DNA of 62,341 bases, counting the filler, from Circinaria calcarea (Eukaryota): assembly GCA_051942165.1 (NCBI GenBank). It is 12 parts of 12 records of this genome, joined end to end, with 100 filler letters (N's around TTAATTAATTAA, not from the genome) between each part and the next. Parts side by side here need not be neighbours in the genome. Positions count along the whole stretch, not along the records: positions 20,856 to 25,963 come from JAVECS010002042.1; positions 26,064 to 31,168 come from JAVECS010002043.1; positions 31,269 to 36,366 come from JAVECS010002044.1; 9 more parts are not named here. One strand, given 5' to 3'. Positions 23,351 to 36,466 of this stretch are shown one piece after another (positions within the stretch are counted from its first letter, which is position 1; each line of letters opens with the position of its first letter). The notes under the pieces were generated by a model, which was not told the DNA's origin, ran no database searches, and saw nothing but the letters and a program-made list of their open reading frames with translations. The position numbers and the translations under genes are program-made.

Positions 23351-25963
23351 ATGGACAATCCGACCGACGTCGTCGATGGAGTGGCCAATAGCCCAGTACC
23401 AGTCCCAGTACTAACTTCAACAAAAGATCCCGACGAGGCTCCTGAAAGCCCTGTGGTTCCCACCGTCGACTCAACCAAGAACGACGCAGAGCCAAAATCC
23501 ACAGAGAATGAGGGCAAAAAGAGGGAGTTCAAAACCAAAAGCCAGCTATGGGAAGAAAAGCAACAGAAAATCCCTAAAGTCGTCGACGTCAAATGGCTCG
23601 ACTTCGAACACTTTAAGAACCGGTATCATCCAGACGAGGGACTGGAGATCATCGAAGTTCTGCGAGGCCACCAATACCTTCCCTACGAGATTACGAAGGA
23701 GCAGCACCGACGGAAATACTCGAAGAAGTGGGATACCAGGTCGATGAAATCCAGGGTCGGTTCTGATTCCACTTGGATCCAACGTGTGAGGATACAGTCG
23801 CCGCAGATTTTGCTTCTGCTGTCACGCCTAACTGGCCATGATGATACTTGGAGTTACAATAAACCCCGGGTATTTTTTCGGCCTTTCCGGACATTTTATT
23901 ACTTCCTTCCACAGGTGAAAAAATGCCTCAAACTCCTCGAGAAGAAGTGGGCAAAAGCTGAGGCACAGGAAGACGTTCATCCAACATCACCCGTTGAAAG
24001 GCCGCAAAACAAACCTTTCGCTGACGTCAAGACCGAGGGTGTGGACGAGGAGGAAAACAAACGTAATAATGCTGGGGACATCTCTGACGCTGAAAGCGAT
24101 GATGGGTATGCAAGGAGAGCAGATAGTGGATCCGTGGACCCAGAGGACGCCATCGCTGGAGATATTACAGACTCAGTGACAGGCCTGCGTCACATTAGAA
24201 AGTACGTTCAGTTCGTCGAAGAAAATATCATGCCGTTGTGGGAGAAAGCTGCAACTACTACCCACCGCAAGGTTCGCTTCCTGGATCTCTGGATGTATTT
24301 CATACCAGGCGAGCTCCTCTACGCCCCCCCAAAACCGGATTCCTCAGGGAGTATACGTGTCAAGATCTATCAGACGGCTTGGAGACTTTCTAGCAACGGA
24401 TTATACTCAGTACTGGACTATAATCCTGATGACTGGCAGTCGGTAACAGAACGCAAGTTAGAACTCTTTGCTTACTACATCGATTACAACGGATTCTCAT
24501 ATGGCCCGGTTGAATGGAAGTATTTGATCGACTATTATGAAGGCGAGAAGGATATCACCACACTAGAAATCTATCCAATGCGCTTTGTCAAGGACTCAGA
24601 GAAGATGAAAGCCAAGCTTCACGAACAGGGGAAAACATTCCAGAAGGTAATAACTGAAAAGCACCTCTATTATGATGGTTGGACGTTGACTCATGGGCCC
24701 GACGGGGACCCTGACTCGGAGAACTCGAAGTCAGATAATCGAAGGAATCCTGAGCACATCGATGGAGAGGTGATTATCGACTTTGTCGAAGGATACAAAG
24801 CAATGTCTTTCATTAAGGAGCCATCATTCTACGAGTATTCATTTGATGACAGCGACTGGCCGACGGGAGATGACGCACTTGTAATCCAATGCTGGGAAAA
24901 CGGACCTCGTTCCGAGCTACTTGAAGAGGTTAAAGAGATTATGCAATGCAACGAATATTTCGCCAATTACCTGAAAAGCCGCCACAAAAAACAGAGCAAG
25001 TTACTCCAGACATGGGAAACCACAAATATCACGCAAATCGAAGGCGACGATCTCGCTCTCTTGCCTCGTCGCGCCGTTGCGTACGCTTTTAGGGAGCGCA
25101 AGTTCGTCATGATCGATATTGAGTCATTGAAAAACGTTCCCCCTCCACAGAATGTCTTTGGAGATCTCAAGATTGATGACCAGCACAAGCGCATGGTAAA
25201 GTCGCTGGTGAAATCACACTTCCAAAAGCAAAAGCTCCAGAAACAGCACCCAAGTGCTGGCTTCAATCAGGATCTGATTCGAGGCAAGGGGTCAGGCTTG
25301 TTCGTTCTTCTTCACGGTGTCCCTGGCGTTGGCAAAACTGCCACTGCCGAAGCAGTTGCTCAAGCTAACAAGAAGCCACTGTTTGCCATCACGTGTGGCG
25401 ATCTTGGCATTTCTCCAAAAGAAGTAGATAATTCTCTCAGGGATATCTTCCGTCTCGCTCATCTCTGGGATTGTGTGCTGCTGCTCGATGAAGCCGATAT
25501 CTTCTTGACTAGGCGAGAACATAACGATTTGAAGCGAAATGCCCTCGTATCAGGTGAGTATCTAGTTTGGGCACCCCCTTGCCTGTTTCGGCTGAGCTGA
25601 CACCTTTCAAGTCTTTCTTCGAGTACTTGAGTTCTATAGTGGCATTCTCTTCCTCACCACGAATCGGGTCGGCATCTTAGACGAGGCTTTCAAATCTCGT
25701 ATTCATGTCAGCCTATACTATCCGCCTCTGAGTAAGAAGCAGACCCTGGCAATCTTCGGCGTCAACATCCGCAGGCTGCAAGCTATTGAAGAGGAGAAGC
25801 GGAAGCTTCAAACAGATGTAGCGCCGGAGGCTCCCAAACGACCCGCATTGATAATTGACGAACGCACCATCAAAGGCTACGCAGAATGGCACTACGACAA
25901 TTATGAACCTCATCAAAGATGGAACGGCAGACAGATCCGCAATGCTTTCCAAATTGCCTACTC
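23351..25963 (+). CDS. Large fungal AAA+ ATPase with extended N-terminus; 3' truncated
   Basis: DLIRGKGSGLFVLLHGVPGVGKTATAE (Walker A), LLLDEAD (Walker B), intron ~25554-25611, then FLRVLEFYSGILFLTTNRVGILDEAFKSRIH (sensor 1/Arg finger) and WNGRQIRNAFQ. Confidence 0.93.
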
Positions 25964-26063
25964 NNNNNNNNNNNNNNNNNNNNNNNNNNNNNNNNNNNNN
26001 NNNNNNNTTAATTAATTAANNNNNNNNNNNNNNNNNNNNNNNNNNNNNNNNNNNNNNNNNNNN
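25964..26063. other. Artificial contig-joining spacer
   Basis: 44 N + TTAATTAATTAA + 44 N. Confidence 0.98.
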
Positions 26064-26926
26064 TATCTTGGTGACAAACCGTGGCCGGTCGATTAAGCTT
26101 GCAGATTTTGGCCTAGCTACCCGGGATGAGATTACCTCCGACTTCGGTTGTGGATCCACCTTCTACATGTCTCCAGGTAAGATTTACCGTCTTTGACCGT
26201 CCAGCCCCATTCCACCTACTGACCTTCTATGCCCCAGAATGCCAGCAAACCGCTCCAAAGGCTTCTTCATGCTATGCTTCAGGCCCAAATGATGTATGGA
26301 GCCTTGGCGTGATCCTAGTGAACCTTACCTGCGGACGGAATCCGTGGAAACGTGCTTCTATTGAGGACGCCACTTTCAGGGCGTACCTTAAGAATCCTCG
26401 ATTCCTGAGCTCTATTCTTCCACTCTCCCCCGAGCTGGATGTTATCTTGAGACGGATCTTTGAGTGTGTGCCAGAGAGGCGAATTAGCATCACCGAACTT
26501 CGAGAGCTCATTCTGAGGTGTCCGAGGTTCACCGTCAGCCAGGGTCTGCCCCCGTCTCCACCGTGTTCTGTGGATTTCATCCCGCAAAACGCAGTTGGCT
26601 CCGTTCCGAGCTTTGTGAACCCCTTCCAGCCTTACCATGCTGCTCCATATACACCAGCCCCGTCTCCGCCAGCTCAGTCCGTTTCCGCTCAATCGCCGCA
26701 TCTGACCTCGGTCTCTACAGACTCCTCCCTTTCGGACGACGGCTCTGTATACTCATCCTCCTCTTCATCTTCATCAATGTCCGATTTCGAACCAAGCCCC
26801 GAAGCTAGCGATTATATGGTGTCTCAGCCAGCAGGTAATTTTTATGGTAACTTGTTTCCGTCAATGGACTGGGCTACGAAACACTTGGCTCAGCAACCTT
26901 TCGAACCTTCGATTCATACGTGTTAG
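26064..26926 (+). CDS. Ran1/Pat1-like (Sks1/Vhs1 group) Ser/Thr protein kinase, 3' part
   Basis: IKLADFGLAT...SDFGCGSTFYMSP^ECQQ...NDVWSLGVILVNLTCGRNPWKRAS; Ser/Pro-rich tail. Confidence 0.9.
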
Positions 26927-29049
26927 GGCATGCGCCCGGCGTCAGTCCGGCCGGCCTGGAAGTTTCCATGCCTCATGATGTGGTCACGATAATGACAGCG
27001 ATTTGTTCGATAATATTTCGTTTTATGAAAAGCAATAGATGGAGGTGGTCGTCTGATATGCATAGTTTCCTGCGGGTTAAGACAAGGTGGTGAGAGGATC
27101 GGAATATCCAAACGGGCCCTGGAGTTGCCTTGGACCGACATGGGAGGATCTCCGTGTTGAACCTGACAGTACACAATCATTCCTAGGCGGTGCCAGTTGC
27201 CAACGGGGGCTTTTCTGTGGTTTATCCATTCCAGCTTATAATATTGGTGTATCTTTATGGCGTTGATACTACGTATACCATGGGAGAGAGGCTATCTGCT
27301 TTACATGTTTGAGAAAGATTGAAAGGCCAATCCGAGGGACGAATGATATTCGATCATGCCAGATGTCGTGCAGTAATACCCTAGGGGGCGAACTCACATT
27401 CGTTTGCATGTATACTTAATTATCCAAAATACGTGGGCTTGGTCTTGACCGATGCTTCATCATGTACAATAGCTCGCCACAGTGTTGGCATCAAAGTCAG
27501 AGGCCCCGCATTAGAGCGGAGGTCACCAAGAATGACTTGGAAACCGTCTGACTTGGTTTTCATTCCATGTGTGGCTGGACGTGATTGCGTTGAAGGAAGA
27601 ATGATATCCCGCCATTCCTCTCTCCTGCCTTGACTGATGTGTGAGAATCCAAACCGGCTGATGACTATAAAACGTCTGTGATATCACGTGGCCGGTGTTG
27701 AATGACCTGTAGCCTTCGGATGTTACGTCGCACGGCAATCTTGCTCGCCTGAGGTCGTCGATGGTGATTGGTGGCCCTGCCATTTGCCATTTTCGAGATG
27801 GCCCTTTTGTGCGACCGTGGCAGCTTTCACGGCCATGAACAGCCTCGATCAATCGAAAGCTGTCACACCTGCATATTCGGATCCCTTACCACTGCCCTCG
27901 CGTATCAGCTGCTGGCCAGCCATCGACGACACCCACCGACCAGGCTTCCCGTCAGCCATGGTCCATGTCCGACAGCCTCATCCTGACAAACGTACAGGAA
28001 GCCTGATCTTAGCCCTGTTCACGCCCGACTAATGTTTTCACTCTCGCGTATTGGCGTTCTGCATGTCGCCCTTAGCTGTGCTACTGCCCTCCAATAATCC
28101 GCCACAACATCTACAGGTCATCATCCTTTCAGCTGATTGCGACAACTCCCACATCGCAAAACAAATCGCAAACCGCTCTAACAGCAGCTGATGTGGGGCT
28201 CATCCGGGCACCACAAAGCATCACAGCGTTGGACCACCTACTTTCGTATTCGTTTTCACCCGCGTATCGGGGCACTTGTTGATGCGTTCGACAGATGTAA
28301 CAGCAAGCGCATTATGTCGCAGTGTGGGGGATGCCCGCCATGGATCCCAGATTTATTCGTTCCCAACCAACGACCGACCGAAGACCGACGACCGACGACC
28401 AACCCTGCCGGCGAACCAAACCCAAGGGCTATCTATGGAAGTTTGATAGAACCAAACGGTCGTCCTTGCGCATAAGCTGCAACCACTGCAATCTGCACTC
28501 GAACTGTCCATCTATGTGAGAACAGCCTCCTCGGGGGATAGCGGATACGCACATCTTACTGATGCTTAGGCGCTCTGCAACATACAACATGCAACATGCA
28601 GCCAAGCGTTTTTGGTGTTGGGGAGGGATGACGAATCAAGGGAATTGTCATGTGTGTTACTTTTCGACTGTACAGAGCGGAGAGGGCGACAGGGTATCAC
28701 AACGCCAAGATCAGAAGCCGAAGCCGCAACCGTCAAACGGCCTTCATTCAGTGTGAGGGGTTATCACCCTCCCCTCTCACCATTATCCTACGGAGTCAGC
28801 CACCAAGTACTGTACCACAAGGAAATATCCTCGTTCCCGAGGTTTTACCTTCAACCACTTGCGCGAGAATGGTGATCTGCCAATCTCTGCGCGACAATAT
28901 CAAACACCAAAGATGACTGCATAACGGTAGCTTATCTTTTCCGATTTCAACCACTGTGAAAGCAGATACGGCCCCGATTTTCAGCCTTATTTTCAAAGGC
29001 ATCGATTAGGCTGTGTCGTAATTGCTTACTGTGGGGCTTCCCGCCGCTT

Positions 29050-30480
29050 CCCGCCTTCCAATGATGCCAGACAAAGTTTCGCATTGCTGCATAGGTGATC
29101 CGTATACCCGAGTCAGTCGTAACTGACCATTGCTTTGCGACCGAAATTGGCGTATGTGGTGTGCTGCGGGCTTCCAACGACAGCTGCAAGACGCTCAAAA
29201 CATACCGACACTTATGCAAGCCAGCCGGGCATCTCCAATAGGCTTGCAATTTGGGAAGTGCTGCTAGTTTACTGCGGTATTGGAGCTCGCAAGTGTTGCG
29301 GAGGAATAGTTTGCATAGCACCGAAGGACTGCATCGACGGTCGAAGCATTGTTCCCAATGACTCCACCAAAGAGTTCACCAAAGGACTCAAGCCCGGCTT
29401 GTGGTAGCGTAGAGCTGACTGCTAGGTGAATCTGCAGGAATGCGACCGGGTTGTGAGGAACACCCGGTAACCCGGATGGTGCGAGTAATCACTTGCGTGC
29501 TGCGATACGGAGCAGTGCATAAACACCGAAAGCTTGTTGGCCTTTTCACAGCCTATCTCCTCGACGACCACCTAGTAAAGGTTGTTTGACTATTGAATAG
29601 TCTTGCTTTTCTGACTGCGGACTTATGCTTTCCGAAGGCTAAACGAAAGTTGAGTAGGGTCTACGTTGACTACTGGGACCCATACAAAGCGAACAGTGTA
29701 GAAGGCATGGCGGTATTACTTCACGATTACCGATTACTATATCACAAAGAGCTTGGTATGGTGTACAGACACCCGGGGATCTCCGGACCTAATGGCCAAG
29801 TTCATGCGTTGGAAAGCATGTGTGGAGACTGAATGCGGCGAACTGCCCGTACGCTGTACGCTACGACAACGCCAAGAAGTTCGGCGTGTTGGAAAGAGCT
29901 TCGAAGCCATGGGGCGTGGTAGTCGTGGAATATATTGCGTACTACACGCCGAAGCGGACTGGTGTTGCGGAAGCGCCTGATTCGGATACTCGTTTCAATG
30001 GCACGGTGTATGCTATTGGATGCGGAGCTTTGATAAGAATTCTGGACGGAGGCCGTCATTACCGCCAATTGCCTGCGGAATTTGCTGCCGGTGGGCTCGA
30101 AGCGTGGCATAATGCCCGGGGAAGCATGGACTGGGTGGAAGCCGTCAGTCAACCATCCTGCAAGTCTTCGGCTGCGAACGCTGGGTGTATATACCGGTGG
30201 GAAACCCCCGGGTCGAAAATAGATTTTAGAAATCGAAGCTCGGAATTTAGCTAGGGGCTATATAGAAATAAATAGATATTACAGAATCAACCGGCCCGTA
30301 TACGAAAGGTGCGTGGAACGTGTAACGACTGTGATGTTTCGTTTTAAAAGCGTGCCGGGGAATACCCCCAAAGAATACGGGCACAAGAAGACGAATAAAA
30401 TGAACGACTCCGGAGTAGGTAACGAATCGATAGAGGACAGTGGGAGCGGTTTAGTCCGGCGCGCCAAAACATATTTATCA
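29050..30480 (+). mobile_element. Degenerate Ty1/copia LTR-retrotransposon pol remnant (integrase core and downstream SH3-like region)
   Basis: Across frames: RKLSRVYVDYWDPY, YYFTITDYY, VRYDNAKKF, YYTPKRTGVAE, MARCMLLDAEL**EFWTEAVITANCLRNLLP, EAWTGWKPSV..QVFGC, GYIEINRYYRI; many stops and frameshifts; boundaries approximate. Confidence 0.85.
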
Positions 30481-31168
30481 TGTCGCCGGTGGGAGCTCTA
30501 CAGGACGTTGCTCCCACCCCCGTGGATCCGATACAGATGTTTTTGGGAATTAGAGGAGGGGGGGTGGAAAGGAGGGGGAATTTACCCCAGCCGTGACTGG
30601 ATATTCCTAGAGAAATTCTACCTAAAATTTAAAGGTGATTTTCCACCTTCGCAGGGCGGGCGAGCGGCAAATTATTGAGGTTACCCTCTTTTCGTTACTG
30701 ATGAGCTTTTTCCGCGGGAAGGATAGGATGGCGGATAATTTGTGCGACTCCAGAGATGAAGATTTATTAGGTTAGAAAGTTAACGCTACCATCTAAAGCT
30801 GAACCATTGACGAATACATAAGAGCAGCGGATATGAAATTGGAACTTGTGCACCGTGCATATCTTGTCTTATCAGCTTTTTTGCCCTTTAACGGGGTTGT
30901 GATGATAACCGACGTCAGGTGATGAGCAGGTCGCATCTATACATTGTGTACCTCCATCTGCCAACGCCTTTCCTTTCCTTTTCGAATTCTCTGCAGAACT
31001 AATAGTACCCTTCATACCTGAACGCCCCATCTTTCCTGGGCTTAATTCTCCTAGCTAGTTCCTTTTAAAAAAAAACTTAGGGTAAAGACTCCATGTCGGG
31101 GCTTTTCGAGGCGCATTGTTTTTTTCTTTTTAATAACAAAGAGATATATACAATACCTGTAAATATAC

Positions 31169-31268
31169 NNNNNNNNNNNNNNNNNNNNNNNNNNNNNNNN
31201 NNNNNNNNNNNNTTAATTAATTAANNNNNNNNNNNNNNNNNNNNNNNNNNNNNNNNNNNNNNNNNNNN
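31169..31268. other. Artificial contig-joining spacer
   Basis: 44 N + TTAATTAATTAA + 44 N. Confidence 0.98.
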
Positions 31269-34200
31269 ATTTGAGTCCTGCAAGTCATAGTTCAAGACAA
31301 GGTTCTTGATACGTTGCTGCTCCGCTCGCTCGTTTTCTTTCTGATTCCTCATGGCAACAGCAAAGTGTGAGTCCGAAGGCAGCTCAATCGTCCGAGTCTA
31401 TGACCTGTCAGAAGTGCTTGTTCATGGTAGACTTGCCAGGGCGAGAAACTCACCTGTTGTCGATTACCCTTCTTGGTCATTAGAGAGAACGCCATTGTAG
31501 TTGGTGGAGTGGCTGTCCCTTCACCGGGACTATCTTCGGCGTTATTTGCCATATCGCGGGGCGCTCGTCGCATCGGTAGCGGAACATCAAAGAGTGGTTT
31601 GCGGTCGAATTTACGGGAATCTAGGCTTTCAGACATCATCTTGGCTAGTTCTCTGTCAAAGTCGGCTTCAGCCTCCGGGTCACGTTCTTCCTCTTGCCGG
31701 GTCACCACGATACTCTCCTCAAAGTCCGAATCGGCTTTCCTCTCTCCGTTGGTCAAAGCCTAAACCTTGGGTTAGACTTCCCGAAAATATCTGAACATTG
31801 GATAAAAATCACCTCTGATTCCAGTTCCTCGCTGGAAAAATGCGCCTCATCCAAGTCTGGTACACGAAGTTCATCCTCTTCAGGGCCTTCGCCGGGAGAA
31901 TCTTCCTCATCGGCGTCCTCGGGCTCAACCGTCCTTTCAACTCCTTGGGTCTTGTAATTCTGCGACACCGCTGCTGCAAAGGCGCGACCAGCTTCTTCAA
32001 GACTGTCTACAAGCTTCCAATGAGGTCTTGTAAGCGCGAAAGTATCTTGAATGACAAAGTCGATATCCATTGGCAACGTCTCCTTGGTGTGAATGTAGTA
32101 CTGTACGCTAGGTTAGCCGCGTGCGGCATTCAAGATAGCAAGCAGAAGCACCTGGAAGAAAGTCAAAAAGAAGTCCAGTTTCTTCTTTGCAGCACCGCGA
32201 TCAAAGCAGACTCCGCAAGTGTCAAGGATATTGCAAACCAGGCGGATTCGAAAGAAATCGTCTGGCATATCCAGCGGATTAAGTCGACCTGGTGTAGGCG
32301 TTCCATTTGCTGAAGAGGTATCAGCAGTGAGTTCAAACTGGGGGATGATGTTCTCACGGTGTCCAAAGGTTACGATGCGATACATCGTATCAAAGATCAC
32401 GGGTGAGTCGACCATCTTATAATTGTAGAGCTCGCCCAAGTACTTTACTTCAGCCAGCCGTCGCTGGTTAAACTTGAAGTCGTTCTGTTCTAGCCCAATA
32501 GTAATTTGCTCGAGTAAGGTATCAATTATGGATATTACGAAGTCTTGGTGGTAGCGGTACAAGGCTCCCACCAGGATAGCAAGGAGATGTATGCTACTAT
32601 ACTTGACTTTCCCGGGCTTGGAAAATATCTTGCTCAAAATATCGACAACCTAGCCGCGGAAACGCGTTAGAAGAGGCTGACAGGTGGAAACGGATATAAA
32701 TACCTCACGTTCCTCCCAATGTAGCTTGCGTATCGATTTAAGCACCTTTGTGTATGTATGCTTGTTCATGTCCAAGTACAACAGTTTGCGTACATAAAGA
32801 TCCACAGGAGTCCGCTCCTTCTGCTGTATGGCTGCTCTTTCTGGTGGATTTACATAGTACATTGCATTTTCGATCAGCATACGCTCTTGCTGCCCTAAAT
32901 GCTGGGCACCTTTCTTTCGCTGTAAGGTCTCGAGGAATGATCTCATTCTAGGGGCAGTATCTGGATTACGAAGTAGGTATCGTCCACAGTTCTCCAAAAG
33001 ATTGCCAATTATTTCGATATTCATCCTGGAGAAGTCATCCATGCTGACCTTGAGACAATGGAAAATAACATGCTCTGGGACAACGCCGAATTTGGTAAGC
33101 TCTGCGATATAGCGGATGTTACCAGTTCGAACTTGCCCTAGAAAGTCCTTCTGCTTGCGACGTTGCAAGCTCCTGAACTCTTCATCAAGATAGGACACCA
33201 CACTGCTGGAGATGTCCGGTAGATATTTGCCAAGCGTGGCGACAAGCCGAGAATATGAAGGGAGCAAGTCAGATCGATCCTTTGGTACTTCTTGGACAGC
33301 TTTGATGAGACGATTGCGCGAAGCTTTGGAATTGAGAAAGCAGAAATCTATCGCAGCCTGATCGATCGCTTCTTTACTTTGCAACTCTGGAAGGCGAGCC
33401 AGCAACGCATCGACTTGCGCACCCACGGTCTTGTTGGCGATTGCAGTGGACTGATCTTCCAAAGCATGATCAGCAGATGTCCTGTCCTGGCCATCTTTCA
33501 CCCCCGGTTCAGTCGCGGTATCGACCCTTTTTCCGACCTGTTCGTCCCCTTCCGCTCTATTCTTTTTCTTAACATCCTCTAGTAAGACCCCAGGTACTCG
33601 ATCCCTCAGATCGATAAGACTCTCATAGAAACGACGTTCTTCCTCATCCTCCCAAATACCAGCCCCATCGCCTTGTCCACGAAGATACTCTCCAGTCTTT
33701 ACTAAGCCAATTCCAGAGGTGCCAACAGCTTCCGTCACATCTTTCTCTTTCAAGTCTGGCATCTCTGAGCCCAACAAATCGCATAGAGCCTGCGTATTCG
33801 CAACTAGTTTTTCTTGCGATTTAAGTTGCTTTTCGTAATTTGCTTGACGGTCCTCGAATACTTCTCCGGATTTTACATACACTTCAGCGTTTCGCCGGGA
33901 TTGCAATGTGATGGCCTGTTGGGCCCTGATAACATGGGCCTTCACATCTTCAAGGTATCTATCCAATACATTTCTAAAGCGTTGCTGCAATTTCGGTGCT
34001 GTAAGGGGAGGATCATCGACGATATCGTTGATTGCAAGACCCTCGTCATCTGAACTCTGCTCCTGAGCACTGAGATCTGTCCTCGTAGATCCATCGGCTT
34101 CTACCGATTTGCGTTCGTCAATGGCTGTCGAATCAATCCCGAGAACATCCCACCCAAAGGTCTTGACGAATAGTACCACAAGTGGCAGGTTGACATGCTC

Positions 34201-34994
34201 CTTGTCGTATCCTAGTAGATCTTTCAGAACTTCGAGAGGAAAGGGCTCGGCGACCAAATTGTTGTCTATTTTAACGGCCTGGTTTCCAGTTTTCGTCTTA
34301 TTAAGCACCTCACTAATCTTGCTGTTTGCAGCGCCGGGCGTCTCCTTAATACGGGCTGTAGCATCCTCCGGTCTTTTTACATCTTCTAGACTCCTAAGCA
34401 AGCCCGCAAGCCATAACTCTGTCACAACCTTAAGTAGAACCCTTTGTCGCGCAAGTCTCTCCTTTTCTTCCTTCTCTTTCGCATCCTGTGCTAGCGATTT
34501 CAGCTGTGCTTTATCCGGAGTGCTCAATCCACGTCCCAACAGCCATCCCAAGTAGCAAGTGTATTCCCCAGGGCCAAAGCGTTGATGTAATGCACTGACA
34601 ATTTCCACCCCCGCAGCAATCTCCCCAGGAGTTTTGAGTCTACACAGCCCTTCGAAGCTTGCTGAAATTACTTCGGAAAGGTATTTATGTAAAGAAAGAG
34701 ACCGGATTTCATGTAGAAAAGTATTGACAGAGGAGGCGGTTATGGCTGTTCGAAGGCGCTTGATGAACGCGGTATTCTTCTTGAGAGAAGAGTCAAGGTT
34801 ACTATCCGTAGGGAAGACGCCTATGAACTAATCAATCTTTGTGGAGGTATACAGAACGTGAAGAGCATTACCATGTTCGCCGGCCCATGATCGGGAATTG
34901 AGAACACGCAGGACTCCTAAGTCAGATTTCAGTTCATATGGCACTAAAGCAGGCTAGATCTTCATAGATGCTCACGCTTTCTCTTCCGATCCAT
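31269..34994 (-). CDS. UPF2: Nonsense-mediated decay factor Upf2/Nmd2 (MIF4G domains), multi-exon, 3' truncated
   Basis: MDRKRK start exon; LDSSLKKNTAFIKRL; IWEDEEERRFYE; LLENCGRYLLRNP; KYLGELYNY; DDFFRIRLVC; FSLMTKKGNRQQ. Confidence 0.95.
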
Positions 34995-35418
34995 AGTTAT
35001 TAAAGGTTGTTTTTTGTACCCAATGGGTTGCGGAAATCGCTGCTAGGAGCAGCGGTTCGTGTGAGTCACGGCCCTTTCATGTGGGCAAACAGGTAGTACA
35101 CCTTGTGATGATATAAACGCTGCATGAGGATGACGAACAAGACGTAGGAAGGTCCGGTATTTCTCTCACATGCGGCGACATCTAGAGATGGTATGATATT
35201 GGCTGGAGATGGTGGCGCCCTGTGCCCTTGTAATTGGAGAGCGGCACCCATGGATAAGGTATCTTTTGATGGCGCTCTTTAAGCTCGGACCCCATGTGGC
35301 TGGCGGTTGATCTGCAGGTACGGATTTTACCCCGCTAGCACTCCCCTCGAATCAACAACGTCTCCACGCTACATGCTGACCAGCTTGGAAACAAACGGCC
35401 AACAACTCGAAATCCTCC

Positions 35419-36366
35419 ATGGCATCAGACACCGTGAATATTTGTCTATACGATACCGCATATGCGCTCCACCGTCTTTCACCTCTTCACTACGCTGAGT
35501 CGCCGACCCTTCTCTCTGATGCAAGTCTACAGATCCATGCGCGTCGATTCGCGGGGCGTCTAAAGGGCGATGTTTTACATGGCGTACATGTCGAACGTGA
35601 TATGCCGAACAGAACCACAAAAGCAGGCTCGTTGAAGCAATGTAGATGGATTATTCTGGGCAGAAAGGGAGACCAGCAAGAAAGCCAAGATACCACGTGG
35701 AATACTGCAGCCCAGGACGTGCTTGGCATACAAGTGGAGATCGAATATGAGAAGGGTACATATACAGCCCTCATGCTAGAGAATGGGATTTCAAGGCATG
35801 ATTCCATCAACAGGACAGTACATCTGCCTCTGCTCCTCACGCGTATGCCAAACACATTGCGAGAAGTGCTTTTGGATTACCTAGCAATCACCTTTGATAC
35901 CCGGGCGGAAGTTATGAGGCTTCCTAACGGATTCATTGGCGAAGCCTTAGATGATTATTTGCAGACCATCTCTCGCAATGGATCGAGACTTTTACTGAAT
36001 GTGGTAAAAGACTTGGATTTGACCATGGGCTTCAAAGCACCAATCGCACCATCTCTGAGGAGTTTAGACATTACGATAAAACGGGAGGATATTCTCCAAT
36101 TCCTAAGGCAAGGAGAGAAATCCAGAAAGATTAGAGTTCCCGGGTCAAAGGATGGAAGGAAGAGGAAGAGGGACAGCAGTATGGAAGGTCAGGGCCCTTT
36201 CATGACTGCCCTATACGTTTACTTGCGTGAACATCTAGCCATGGACATGAGCCATGACATTGTGTTCTTATCGAAAGTGTCGTGTGGAGCCTTCGTACTA
36301 GGAAAAGAAGGGAAAGCGAAGATACAGTCTCCCGTAGCTCCGTTTGACTCGGCAAACCAGAACGAT
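35419..36366 (+). CDS. Kinetochore Sim4-complex subunit Fta1/CENP-L-like, 3' truncated
   Basis: LHRLSPL...HARRF...GDVLHGV...IEYEK...LPLLLTRMP...LDYLAITFD pattern; divergent from UPF2 (424 bp). Confidence 0.7.
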
Positions 36367-36466
36367 NNNNNNNNNNNNNNNNNNNNNNNNNNNNNNNNNN
36401 NNNNNNNNNNTTAATTAATTAANNNNNNNNNNNNNNNNNNNNNNNNNNNNNNNNNNNNNNNNNNNN
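36367..36466. other. Artificial contig-joining spacer
   Basis: 44 N + TTAATTAATTAA + 44 N. Confidence 0.98.

Noticed and set aside
14944..26926. Apparent cluster linking the KP4 toxin, AAA ATPase pair and kinase
   Set aside because: The genes lie on different size-sorted contigs, so adjacency is artificial
26930..29000. Numerous short ORFs and the GACC/GAC repeats near 28370
   Set aside because: No recognisable domains or consistent strand; probably 3' UTR and intergenic DNA
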